Assembly (NCBI GenBank): GCA_051251855.1
Contig: JBPOGI010000001.1
Location: 64,001 to 128,000 of the forward strand
DNA: 64,000 nucleotides
Reading direction: 5' to 3'
Source of the DNA: Roseibacillus sp.
Lineage (GTDB): Bacteria > Verrucomicrobiota > Verrucomicrobiia > Verrucomicrobiales > Akkermansiaceae
Shown here: positions 19,753 to 29,002 of the stretch, piece after piece
Numbering within the stretch: position 1 is the first letter of the stretch
Layout: every line of letters starts with the position of its first letter
Notes under the pieces: generated by a model
What the model was told of the DNA's origin: nothing
Seen by the model: only the letters and a program-made list of their open reading frames with translations
Databases searched by the model: none
Made by a program: the position numbers and the translations under genes

Positions 19753-20616
19753 GTGAAAATCATTTGCAAAACCAAAATACTAACTATCTTGAAACGTTTC
19801 TTCCTCCTCATCAGTGGAGTGCTGACCCTAGTGGCCTGCTCTGCTGAAAAGACTCTTCAAGCCGAGCGTGCAGCAACCCCGATTACGGCTCCACCACGTG
19901 TGGCAATGACGCCTAATCCTGCTTATCAGACGCCTGCTTATGCCTCTCCATCTGTCCAAAACCCGGTGGTTTCTTTGCCCTCAGACTTTTCTCCCAGCGC
20001 GGGAGTCTCGTTCTCGAGCGTCCGCAATGATGGTAACTATATTGCGCTGACTTTCGATGATGGTCCTCATCCTAAAAACACGCCGCGCCTTCTTGATATG
20101 CTTCGTCAGCGAAATATCAAAGCGACCTTTTATGTGATTGGTAACAGTGTGAATCTTTATCCCGAGATTGCTCGCCGTATTGTTTCGGAAGGACACGAGA
20201 TTGGAAATCACACTTGGAATCATCCCAATTTAACAAAGTTGAGCAACGCGAGTGTTCGTAAGGAATTGGATACTACCCGGGATGCCATCATTCGTGCCAC
20301 TGGGGTCAAGCCTCGCACAATGCGTCCTCCTTATGGTGCGCTGCGCACTGCCCAGCGGAACATGATTCATAGCGAGTATGGTTATCCGACCATCTTGTGG
20401 GATGTGGATCCTCTCGATTGGAAACGTCCTGGAACGGCTGTCGTAAAGTCGCGGATTTTGAGCGGAACAAAGTCTGGTTCGATTGTCTTGGCGCATGACC
20501 TTCACTCCACCACTGTAGACGCGATGCCCACCACCATGGATGCTCTCCTGGCAAAAGGCTTTCGGTTTGTGACTGTCTCTCAACTTTTGAAGATGAAGGA
20601 AGTCTCGCAGCCCTAA
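19753..20616 (+). CDS. Polysaccharide/peptidoglycan deacetylase (CE4, NodB domain), probable lipoprotein
   Basis: TFDDGP, HEIGNHTWNH, RPPYG, DPLDW, LAHD; LVAC lipobox; exact start uncertain. Confidence 0.9.
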   Translation: MKIICKTKILTILKRFFLLISGVLTLVACSAEKTLQAERAATPITAPPRVAMTPNPAYQTPAYASPSVQNPVVSLPSDFSPSAGVSFSSVRNDGNYIALTFDDGPHPKNTPRLLDMLRQRNIKATFYVIGNSVNLYPEIARRIVSEGHEIGNHTWNHPNLTKLSNASVRKELDTTRDAIIRATGVKPRTMRPPYGALRTAQRNMIHSEYGYPTILWDVDPLDWKRPGTAVVKSRILSGTKSGSIVLAHDLHSTTVDAMPTTMDALLAKGFRFVTVSQLLKMKEVSQP

Positions 20617-20630
20617 ACGGGTGCGCTGCC

Positions 20631-22346
20631 ATGTTCGGGGAACGTTACTTCGTGGCCCGGGAAAGGCTCTCGGCGGTTGTTCGTGGAGTCAAAGAACTTG
20701 CTGAAGATACCGGAACCGATTCTGGACCTTTGGGAGATGAGTCTGGCTTTCTTGCCGGCCTCGATGAGCCCTTTACCTTTTTGGTCTGTGGCGAGGTTAA
20801 CGCAGGTAAGTCGGCCTTTATCAATGGTCTCTTTGGGGCCGAGCTTTGTGAAGTCGATGCCATTCCGACCACCAAGGAGGTCCGGTGGTATCGATTTGGG
20901 CGCCGTGAGTTTGAAGAGGAGAAGGGCGCTTCCTTCAAGCACTGCTTTCGAGATCACGAGTTTCTTCTCGATTTCACCGTCGCTGATACGCCAGGCACTA
21001 ATGCTCTCACGGATGGGACTCGGGAGATCATAGATGACCTTTTGAAAAAGGCTGATTTGGTGTTTTTCGTTTTTCCGGTCTCCAATGCTTGGGGCGCTGC
21101 TACTTGGAATTTTATCGCTGACCTCGACCCTTCTATTCATGAAAAAATGGCGGTTATTTTGCAGCAAATGGACCTCCGCAATCAGGACGATATGGCGGTG
21201 ATGATGGAGCATGTGCGTGAACTGGGCATTCACAAAACAGGGAAGACGTTGGATGTTTTTCCTGTCTCGGCAAACAAAGCATTAGAGTCAAAAATAAATC
21301 CCGCCAGTCCCGACCGAGTGAGGCAGGAAAGTGGGTATCCCAGCTTAGAACGCTTTGTATCGCGAAAGGTGGCGGGGTCACCGATTCGGCGAGAGCGGCT
21401 TCGCTCGATTCAGGGTGAGACTTTGCAGCTCTTGCGGAATATTGAGGACCGGATGGAGATTCGGCGTCGGACCTTGGATTCCGATCAAGGCTTCCTGAGT
21501 GATATTGAGACCGAGGTCGATAATGAGCGTGCGGAGCAAGGGAGGCGTCTTGCTGAGAAGTTCTCTGGCTTAGGCGAGGTGTTCGGAGAAGAAGCCGAGA
21601 GTGCGGCTTTTCTACTCGCGGAAAGAACGTCTATTTGGCAATCGCTACTTTCTCTTTTCAAGAAAGATGAGACTCCAGCTGAGATCGAAAAGGGGCTGAT
21701 TGAGGCGGTGCAAGAGGCGATTGAGAGATTGGCTTCGAATGATAGCGATGAACTGGTCGATGTTTGTCGTGGTCACTGGCAGACGGTGGTTCCGCGTGTG
21801 GATGAGCGGTTGGAAATGCCGGCGCCGGACTTTGAGGAAGAGTCGAGTGGCTTTGGGGGCGCCAAAGAGCGCTTCGCTAAGCGGTTGGGAGGGGCGGCGC
21901 GCAAGGCGGTGGTCGCGCAGAAGGTTCGCGGCATGTTGGACTCAGAGATGGATGCGCGACGGGAGTCTTTACGTCGCGCGGTCATCGGAGCTCTTTTATT
22001 GGTGACGCTGGGAGGTGTTTTGGGAGCCTTGCATTGGAACCTGTTGGCATTTGTGGCGCTCATTGCGGCCGTGGTGGTGTTGGGTTTGGGGCTTGCGAAA
22101 GCTCGCGAGAGTTCAAGGGAGCTCATCGATTGGTTCCGAGAGCGCACCTCGGCTTGTCGACGGCCTTTTGCTGAAGACTTGAGCGAAGAGTATCAGGAAG
22201 GGGTTCGCGGATTTTTTGTGGAATACGCTACCATGTTTGAGGGGATTCGGCGTCACGTCGCTGACTTGAAAATGAAGCTCAAGCCGCAGCTGGATCAGTG
22301 GAGCGATTACTTTCTGGAGCTGAATGCAATTGATCAGGACTTGTAG
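20631..22346 (+). CDS. Bacterial dynamin-like GTPase
   Basis: GEVNAGKS (G1), PTT (G2), DTPGTN (G3), FPVSA; long helical stalk and C-terminal TM hairpin. Confidence 0.82.
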   Translation: MFGERYFVARERLSAVVRGVKELAEDTGTDSGPLGDESGFLAGLDEPFTFLVCGEVNAGKSAFINGLFGAELCEVDAIPTTKEVRWYRFGRREFEEEKGASFKHCFRDHEFLLDFTVADTPGTNALTDGTREIIDDLLKKADLVFFVFPVSNAWGAATWNFIADLDPSIHEKMAVILQQMDLRNQDDMAVMMEHVRELGIHKTGKTLDVFPVSANKALESKINPASPDRVRQESGYPSLERFVSRKVAGSPIRRERLRSIQGETLQLLRNIEDRMEIRRRTLDSDQGFLSDIETEVDNERAEQGRRLAEKFSGLGEVFGEEAESAAFLLAERTSIWQSLLSLFKKDETPAEIEKGLIEAVQEAIERLASNDSDELVDVCRGHWQTVVPRVDERLEMPAPDFEEESSGFGGAKERFAKRLGGAARKAVVAQKVRGMLDSEMDARRESLRRAVIGALLLVTLGGVLGALHWNLLAFVALIAAVVVLGLGLAKARESSRELIDWFRERTSACRRPFAEDLSEEYQEGVRGFFVEYATMFEGIRRHVADLKMKLKPQLDQWSDYFLELNAIDQDL

Positions 22347-22415
22347 TCCTTACTTTGGTGAGAATTGACCGCAATTGAGAGTTGAGCCTTTCGGGTAGCT
22401 GGTTCAGAAAGCGGG

Positions 22416-23663
22416 ATGAAAATTCTTGTCGTTGGAAAAGGTGGTCGTGAGCACGCCCTGTTGCGCTCGTTGCAGGAGTCTGGACCTGAGGTCGAACTCT
22501 ATTGTCATCCGGGGAGTGATGCCATTAGCGAGATTGCGGAGCCGGTAGCAGCGGGTGGAGTAGCTGAGTTGGTGGGATGGATGCTGGGGAAGAAGATCGA
22601 CCTCTGTGTGGCAGGGGAGGAGAGCTACTTGGTGAAGGATGAAGGATTAGCCAATCTTTGCGCGGATGCAGGGATTCCGTGTTGGGGGCCTCGCAAGGAG
22701 TCCGCCATGTTGGAGGCGAGTAAGGCTTTTGCGAAGCTCTTCATGCAGCGGCACGAAATTCCTACGGGCAAGGCTTGGGTCTGTGAGTCGATTAGTGAGG
22801 CGCGCGATGCGATTGGCGGGCGCTATCCAACCGTCTTGAAATTTGATGGTTTGGCTGCAGGCAAAGGAGTGGCGGTTTGTGGGGATGAAGAAGCGGCGAA
22901 CGAGTTTCTTGGGGAGGTGTTTTCGAGCCATCGATTTGGAGATGGAAAGTTACTCGTTGAGCAATATTTGGAGGGGCCTGAGGTGTCTATTTTTGCGGCG
23001 GTGAGTGGTGACCAATACGAGATTTTTACTCCAGCGCGAGACTACAAGCGGATCGGAGAGGGAGACCATGGACCAAACACGGGAGGGATGGGCGCGGTGG
23101 CGAGTCGTCAGTTGGTAACAGCGGAGGAGCTAGCGCAAATCGAGAAAGAAATCGTTAAGCCTACGGTTGATGGTTTGGTGAAGGATGGCTTGGAGTATCG
23201 GGGCTTCCTGTATTTTGGACTCATGATGACGGCGGCGGGACCGAAGATTATCGAGTATAACTGTCGCTTTGGCGATCCAGAGTGCCAGGCAGTGATGCCG
23301 CTGGTGCAGGGGAACTTGGCCCAATACTGCATGGATGGTGCGAAAGGTGGGCTTTCTGAGAACCTCCTCAGCTTTGACGGCGGCTGGAGCGTTTGTGTGG
23401 TGTTGGCGAGTGCAGGTTACCCAGAAAGCTCGAGCAGCGGAGATGTGATTTCAGGACTGGATGACGTGAGCGGAGCGCGTGTTTATCACGCGGGAACCAA
23501 GAAGGAGGCGGGCCAATGGCAAACCAATGGTGGCCGAGTGCTCGCAGTGGTCGCTGGTGCTGAGACGCGGGAAGAAGCGGTGGAGAAAGCGCATGCGGAA
23601 GCGGCCAAGGTCACCTTTGACGGTAGTCAGCGGCGAGCAGATATCGGGCGGATGCACTTTTAA
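22416..23663 (+). CDS. purD: Phosphoribosylamine--glycine ligase
   Basis: GKGGREHAL, LEASKAFAK, DGLAAGKGV, DYKR...GDHGPNTGGMG, EYNCRFGDPE, TNGGRVL. Confidence 0.97.
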   Translation: MKILVVGKGGREHALLRSLQESGPEVELYCHPGSDAISEIAEPVAAGGVAELVGWMLGKKIDLCVAGEESYLVKDEGLANLCADAGIPCWGPRKESAMLEASKAFAKLFMQRHEIPTGKAWVCESISEARDAIGGRYPTVLKFDGLAAGKGVAVCGDEEAANEFLGEVFSSHRFGDGKLLVEQYLEGPEVSIFAAVSGDQYEIFTPARDYKRIGEGDHGPNTGGMGAVASRQLVTAEELAQIEKEIVKPTVDGLVKDGLEYRGFLYFGLMMTAAGPKIIEYNCRFGDPECQAVMPLVQGNLAQYCMDGAKGGLSENLLSFDGGWSVCVVLASAGYPESSSSGDVISGLDDVSGARVYHAGTKKEAGQWQTNGGRVLAVVAGAETREEAVEKAHAEAAKVTFDGSQRRADIGRMHF

Positions 23664-23962
23664 GGACTGAACTTGCGTCCTCGGAGAACGTTGACTTCGC
23701 AGTCCCAGGCAATGACGGAGTAGTCTTCAAAATAATTCTCGGCAATGGCATCGAGGACGGCATCGGCGACCTCGCGGGATGCGACGGACTCAATCTTGAG
23801 GTTGGGGCCTTCGAACTCAGAGGCACGCACGCCCCGTGAGCCTTGGCCATCTACTCGGGAGATGGTGAAACCGGTGGTCTTATGTTTGGTGAAGAGTGCG
23901 ACGATCTCTTCTCGGAGGACGTTTTCGAAGATGACGGTGACGAGGACGAGGCGTTCTTTCAT
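23660..23962 (-). CDS. sbtB: PII-like protein SbtB
   Basis: PII-like GFTI....GQGSRGVR, NLKIE, C-terminal VLRGRKF; directly downstream of sbtA. Confidence 0.8.
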   Translation of the reverse strand: MKERLVLVTVIFENVLREEIVALFTKHKTTGFTISRVDGQGSRGVRASEFEGPNLKIESVASREVADAVLDAIAENYFEDYSVIAWDCEVNVLRGRKFSP

Positions 23963-23968
23963 GAGCTG

Positions 23969-24922
23969 TTAGAGGTTGGTGAGATACTGGGCAAAGGTGA
24001 GGAAGAGAGGAATTCCTATCGCAAGGTTGAAGGGAAAAGTGATCCCTAAGGCGAGGGTAAGATAGATGCCTGGGCTCGCTTTTGGAAGAGCGATCCGAAC
24101 GGCGGCGGGAGCAGCGATGTAGGAGGCACTGCCTGTCATTGCTCCGAGGATAGCGGCTCCACCTGGAGCCATACCGGCGAATGTGCCAAGGGCCGTTCCG
24201 AGAAGACCATGCACGAGAGGGAGAACACACCCGAGTAAGATTAGTCTCCAGCCGGCTGACTTGAGATCCCGCAGGCGACCGGCGGCAACCATACCTAGCT
24301 CGAGAAGGAAAAGGCAGAGAACGCCTTTAAAGGGGGCAATGAAGAAGGGGGCGACGGTGTCTATTTTTTGTGCTCCGCAAGCGGCTCCGATGACCATCCC
24401 TCCGATGAGGAGAAAGATGCTCTTTCCGGTGATGACTTCGTGAATGGCGGACTTGAGGCCTCCCCGAGGGCCGGATTGCGCAAGTAAGAGACCGATAATG
24501 ATGCCTGGAATTTCTAAAACCGCGACGAGTGCGGGGAGGTATCCGTTACTGGGAATTCCCGAAATCTTGACCGCTTCTACGGTGGCTAGGAAGGTCACGG
24601 CTGAAACGGAGCCGTAGTGAGCGGCCGTGGCTCCGGCATCAATTTTGTTGAGCTTGCCGAACCACCGAAGAAGAAAGAAGGCTGAGAAGGGAGTGACGAC
24701 TCCGAGTAGGAGGGTCGCTCCCAAAGGCGCTACGAGTTCGGACATGGGGGTCTGGGAGAGGGAGACACCACCCTTTAGTCCGATGGCAAAGAGAAGATAG
24801 ATGGAAAGGGCCTGGTAGATCGCACTTGGGATTTCGAGGTCGCTCTTGACCCAACGAGCAATCATTCCCATCGCAAAGGCGAGAACAACTGGAGAGACGA
24901 GATTCTGAATGAGAAGGTCCAT
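23969..24922 (-). CDS. sbtA: Sodium-dependent bicarbonate transporter SbtA family
   Basis: KSDLEIP, YLLFAIGLKGG, AAHYGSVSAVTF, FLLELG, SASYIAAPAA, TFPFN..IGIP. Confidence 0.93.
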   Translation of the reverse strand: MDLLIQNLVSPVVLAFAMGMIARWVKSDLEIPSAIYQALSIYLLFAIGLKGGVSLSQTPMSELVAPLGATLLLGVVTPFSAFFLLRWFGKLNKIDAGATAAHYGSVSAVTFLATVEAVKISGIPSNGYLPALVAVLEIPGIIIGLLLAQSGPRGGLKSAIHEVITGKSIFLLIGGMVIGAACGAQKIDTVAPFFIAPFKGVLCLFLLELGMVAAGRLRDLKSAGWRLILLGCVLPLVHGLLGTALGTFAGMAPGGAAILGAMTGSASYIAAPAAVRIALPKASPGIYLTLALGITFPFNLAIGIPLFLTFAQYLTNL

Positions 24923-24970
24923 GGCGGTTTTAGAATTGAACGCTTGGTGAAGCGTTATGAGACGTAGATG

Positions 24971-24990
24971 TCACGTAATTAATTACGTGA
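24971..24990. promoter_or_regulatory. Perfect 20-bp palindrome, candidate operator for sbtA (or the divergent DUF368 gene)
   Basis: TCACGTAATT-AATTACGTGA, 48 nt upstream of the sbtA start; similar half-site AATTATGTGA follows at 24997-25006. Confidence 0.65.
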
Positions 24991-25113
24991 AAAGTAAATT
25001 ATGTGATTTTGTTCCCATGAAGGGGTCTGTCAGATGGCCTCGGAGGGGAAATTCTCTCGTGTGAGACAGCCCCAAGGGTTGCTCTTCGGGTTGGGATAGC
25101 GAAGATTTGGGGT

Positions 25114-26148
25114 GTGAAAGACTTTGTTTTTACTTCCCTGAAAGGGTTCGCAATGGGAGCGGCCAACGTGATTCCCGGGGTGTCTGGGGGAACCATTGCT
25201 TTCATTACCGGAATCTACGAACGCTTGATTGGAGCTCTGAAAAACTTTGATATTGCGACGGTGAAGTTGCTTACGAAAGGGAAGTTCAAGGAAGCTGCGG
25301 CGAAGGTTGATTTGTTGTTTTTGGTGGCTTTGGGCGTGGGAGCGGTGGTGAGTATCATTTCTCTAGCGAAGGTTCTGACGTGGGGGTTTGAGAACTATCC
25401 GGTGCTCGTGTGGGCCTTCTTTTTTGGACTGATTGCGGCTTCGATCCCGTTGGTGGGAAAGATGGTGAAGCGGTGGAGCCCCTTGGTGATTGGACTGGGA
25501 GTCCTGGGATGTGCCTTGGCGGTTTCTTTGGTGTTTCTCACTCCAGCTCAGGAGAATACGAATCCGATTTATCTTGGGCTGTGTGGGGTGGTGGCCATTT
25601 GCAGTATGATTATCCCTGGGTTGAGCGGCTCGTTTGTTTTAGTGCTGATGGGGAATTATAAGCTCATTATGTTGGATTCAGTGAGCGCGTTGTCCGATTT
25701 AGAATTTGGTGAGGCGCTGCCGGTTTTGATTCCAGTGGGAGTGGGTGCGGTGGTGGGATTGATTGTGTTATCGCGCGTTCTTAACTGGCTTTTTAAGAAT
25801 TATCACGATGAGGCTGTTGGTCTGATTACAGGTTTTGTGTTGGGTTCGCTGGTGGTGATTTGGCCCTGGAAAGATGAAATCCCTAAGCGCGATGAAAACG
25901 GGTTGATTGTGGTGAAGACTGAAGAGAGGACTTTGGAGGGGCGGTTGGGCAATGTGAGTCAGGTAAGAGCATCTTTGGGAGAGGAAGAAGAAGTCGTGGT
26001 CGCGGGTTATGGCAATTGGTCTGGACCGCAATTGAACAAGGGCGCTGATTGGGCGGCCTTTGGTTGCATGGTGGTTGGCGCGCTTCTGATTGGCTTTGTG
26101 GAGTGGACGGCGCATCGCGGAGCGGGTCCGATTCCAAAAGAAGGCTAG
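25114..26148 (+). CDS. DUF368 family membrane protein (undecaprenyl-phosphate translocase-like)
   Basis: GFAMGAANVIPGVSGGTIA and AICSMIIPGLSGS repeats, IWPW. Confidence 0.9.
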   Translation: MKDFVFTSLKGFAMGAANVIPGVSGGTIAFITGIYERLIGALKNFDIATVKLLTKGKFKEAAAKVDLLFLVALGVGAVVSIISLAKVLTWGFENYPVLVWAFFFGLIAASIPLVGKMVKRWSPLVIGLGVLGCALAVSLVFLTPAQENTNPIYLGLCGVVAICSMIIPGLSGSFVLVLMGNYKLIMLDSVSALSDLEFGEALPVLIPVGVGAVVGLIVLSRVLNWLFKNYHDEAVGLITGFVLGSLVVIWPWKDEIPKRDENGLIVVKTEERTLEGRLGNVSQVRASLGEEEEVVVAGYGNWSGPQLNKGADWAAFGCMVVGALLIGFVEWTAHRGAGPIPKEG

Positions 26149-26215
26149 AATTACAGCCGCGAAAGGTTGTCTTGATTGGCGCATTAGCCCAAGTTGTGCT
26201 TCTTTAACTCACCGA

Positions 26216-26971
26216 ATGTCCTCAGAACTTCCCGAACATCCAAAAACGAGCTTCGCCAAGCGCATTTTCAGTCTTCTATTGGCTGGATTGGCGACCGTAA
26301 TCCCGATTGTAGGAACAGTGGTTTTATTGGCTTGGATTTACAAGGCACTCTTGGCGGTGGGGAGAACGCTCTTCTTCGGGATTTTTCAGGCCCTGGATTG
26401 GTTTCGGGGTATTAAGTATGAGGAAGATGCTCTTGGTCGTCTCGTTCAGGTCGAGGTTGAGGGGGCGGAGCTAAAAGGTTGGATGCTCGAACTCAATCAC
26501 TTGCCTCAGGCGATTTGGTTTTTTGTGCCAATCATCTTATTAGCTTGTGTGGGTTTGGCGGTGACTAATCGCCCAGGCCAAGCGGTGGTCAACTGGGTGG
26601 ATGGTGCACTCACTCGAATTCCATTTATGGGATTCTTTTATTCGACAATTAAGCAGGGGGTAGATGCCTTTCGCGATATGGGAGGAACGCGTAAGTTCAA
26701 AGGGGTGGCTTGGGTAGAATATCCGAGCCCAGGATGTCGCCTTTTAGGTTTTGTCACCGGTTCCTTTTTGGACGCAAAGTCAGGCAAGGAGGTGACTTCG
26801 GTCTTTATTCCGACGAGCCCCAACCCTATGACGGGTTTTGTCGTCGTGGTCGATGAGGATCGTTTGGAGTCGAGTGAACTGACGGTGGAAGAGGCGACTA
26901 AGTTGCTGCTTTCGGCTGGACTCGTAGCGCCAGATCGATTGGCGAAAGAGGCGGTGGGCCAAGCGGGGTAG
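26216..26971 (+). CDS. DUF502 family membrane protein
   Basis: GL...IP...T, RIPF....YSTIKQ, VEYP..G, VFIPTSPNPMTGF, VEEA.K..LSAG. Confidence 0.88.
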   Translation: MSSELPEHPKTSFAKRIFSLLLAGLATVIPIVGTVVLLAWIYKALLAVGRTLFFGIFQALDWFRGIKYEEDALGRLVQVEVEGAELKGWMLELNHLPQAIWFFVPIILLACVGLAVTNRPGQAVVNWVDGALTRIPFMGFFYSTIKQGVDAFRDMGGTRKFKGVAWVEYPSPGCRLLGFVTGSFLDAKSGKEVTSVFIPTSPNPMTGFVVVVDEDRLESSELTVEEATKLLLSAGLVAPDRLAKEAVGQAG

Positions 26972-27042
26972 CGAGGTCAATGATTTCTTCCTCGAGCCGA
27001 ATTGAGGGGGCGTGGCAAAGATTCGTATTGACTCTGATGGTA

Positions 27043-27062
27043 TTTTCAGGAAATTCTGAAAG
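27043..27062 (+). promoter_or_regulatory. Palindromic operator TTTTCAG-NN-AATTCTGAAAG (copy 2, likely autoregulatory)
   Basis: TTTTCAGGAAATTCTGAAAG 2 nt before the regulator ATG; TTGACT -35-like hexamer at 27028-27033. Confidence 0.75.
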
Positions 27063-27064
27063 GG

Positions 27065-27586
27065 ATGACCGACACAGCTACTCAGTTTGAACAAACACGC
27101 GATGACTTCATTGCGCAATGGGGCGTGATGGGGACGCAGTGGGGGATTAATCGCACGATGGCGCAGATTCATGCCTTGTTGATGACGGCGGTGGAACCGC
27201 TGAGTACGGATGAGGTGATGGCGGCATTAGACATTAGCCGCGGTAACGCTCACACGAATTTGAAGGAGTTGGTGAACTGGGGTTTGTTACGCATTGTTAC
27301 GAAAAAGGGAGAGAGGAGAGAATTCTTCGAGGCTGAGAAGGATGTCTGGGAGATGTTTCGTCGCATTATGCGCGAGAGAAAGCGACGTGAGTTGGATCCT
27401 GCCTTGGCGGTTTTGACACGTTGTAAGGAGGAGACCTCGGGATTGAAGAGTGCGGAAGCGAAGGCCTTTCACGCACAAATGAGCGAGCTGGAGGAGTTTG
27501 TCTCTTTTGCTTCCAAAATGAGCGACCGTGCTTCGTCGATGCCGCAAAATAAGGCGATGCAGGTGGCGATGAAAATCTTGGGCTAG
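27065..27586 (+). CDS. GbsR/MarR-family winged-helix transcription regulator
   Basis: FIAQWG.MG.QWGINRTMAQIHALL, ISRGNA..NLKEL..WGL, GERREFF.AEKD.W. Confidence 0.9.
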   Translation: MTDTATQFEQTRDDFIAQWGVMGTQWGINRTMAQIHALLMTAVEPLSTDEVMAALDISRGNAHTNLKELVNWGLLRIVTKKGERREFFEAEKDVWEMFRRIMRERKRRELDPALAVLTRCKEETSGLKSAEAKAFHAQMSELEEFVSFASKMSDRASSMPQNKAMQVAMKILG

Positions 27587-27606
27587 GCCTGAGGAAAAAG
27601 GGTAAG

Positions 27607-28941
27607 ATGTCCGATTTTTCTCCCTACGAATGCCCCGTGGGGACAACGGTATTGGGTGAATACCAACGTCAGGCTCGCAAGCGACCTCTCTGGTGGCTTT
27701 TGCCGCTAGCTGTCGCGGTTTTTACGGTCTTTTTGGTAAGAGATTATTTGGAAGCTCCCGATGAGGAGGATTTAACGTGGTCGGTGATGAGGACTGCCGA
27801 CATTGAACTTTCGGTTGCGCAAGGAGCAAAGGGATGGCCGAATTGGGTCAATTGGATGGTTGGATTGGAGTCTGAGGAGGAGGCGCTGAAGTGGATGGCC
27901 CAAGAGGTTTCTCTGATGAGGGCGAAGGGGAGCTTAACCTTGGAGGGGGAGAAGGCTGCGCAATGGATTATTGGTTTGGCTGAAGGAAGGGTGGAAGAGC
28001 TTTCGGAGCAGGAGTGGCGGCAAAAATTTAGCGAAGGGCTTTATTCGTGGGAGCGCATTGCGGCGCGCGATCGGTTTGAAAGCTCTGCCCCTGAGTGGTG
28101 GCGAGAGGAGATGATTTATTATGAAGCTTTCGATAGAAGGCGGGCGTTGGTGGCGGCTGTGGGAGGAGGGATTTGGTGGGCTGTCTTTTTGGTAGGATTA
28201 CCGTTCTTGCCAGCGGCTTTGAGGTGTTTTCTGCCTCGTCATCATCAGCCCCTTCCTCCGGCGACGAGGGCTTGGCTACCGAGCCGAGTGACGGTGCTTT
28301 TCTTGATAGTGGATGTGCTGGTGGGATGGTTGCTGGCTGGGGTCTATTTTTTGATTCCAGCCGCAGCGTGGGATTTTGCATACATGCCAACCATCATTTT
28401 CACTGATACTCTCTGGCGAGTGGGTGGGCCTTTGATGTTAGCGGCGATGCTTTTGATTCGTTGGCGACATGCTCCTCGGTTGTTGGGGTTGATAAAAAAG
28501 CCGGAGATGGGAGTGGTGATGGGAATGTTATCGCTGGGTTTTTTGTATGATTTGGGTGTCTATGAGTTGGTAAGCGAGTTCACGCGACGGGAGGATTTGG
28601 AGGGGCTCTCTTACTTGGAAGAAGGAGGCTGGGGACTCGCCTTTGGCGTTCTTTCGGCAGTGATTCTTGCTCCGGTGGTAGAGGAAATCGTTTTTCGAGG
28701 GTTTCTCTTTCAGTCTTACCTCAGGCGCTTTGGATTCCTGCTAGCGATGGTATTATCAACGGTCTTGTTCGTGGTGATTCACTATTATGGTGTCTATGGG
28801 AGCCTTTCGGTGGCCTTCTTTGGGCTAGGGGCTTGTGCGCTCTATCGGGCGACGGGATCGCTGTGGACGGCAATCATTTTTCATGCTGTGACGAACGGGC
28901 TCATCACGCTTTCGATGTGGCCGCTCTACTATGGTTTTTGA
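27607..28941 (+). CDS. CPBP (CAAX/Abi) intramembrane metalloprotease with N-terminal extracytoplasmic domain
   Basis: APVVEEIVFRG, F..IHY, SLW.AI.FH...N. Confidence 0.85.
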   Translation: MSDFSPYECPVGTTVLGEYQRQARKRPLWWLLPLAVAVFTVFLVRDYLEAPDEEDLTWSVMRTADIELSVAQGAKGWPNWVNWMVGLESEEEALKWMAQEVSLMRAKGSLTLEGEKAAQWIIGLAEGRVEELSEQEWRQKFSEGLYSWERIAARDRFESSAPEWWREEMIYYEAFDRRRALVAAVGGGIWWAVFLVGLPFLPAALRCFLPRHHQPLPPATRAWLPSRVTVLFLIVDVLVGWLLAGVYFLIPAAAWDFAYMPTIIFTDTLWRVGGPLMLAAMLLIRWRHAPRLLGLIKKPEMGVVMGMLSLGFLYDLGVYELVSEFTRREDLEGLSYLEEGGWGLAFGVLSAVILAPVVEEIVFRGFLFQSYLRRFGFLLAMVLSTVLFVVIHYYGVYGSLSVAFFGLGACALYRATGSLWTAIIFHAVTNGLITLSMWPLYYGF

Positions 28942-29002
28942 GAGTGGTTCGAACACTTGATGAGTTCTCGCAAAGGATGGCGGCTCGCTCTTTACTTTCG
29001 AA

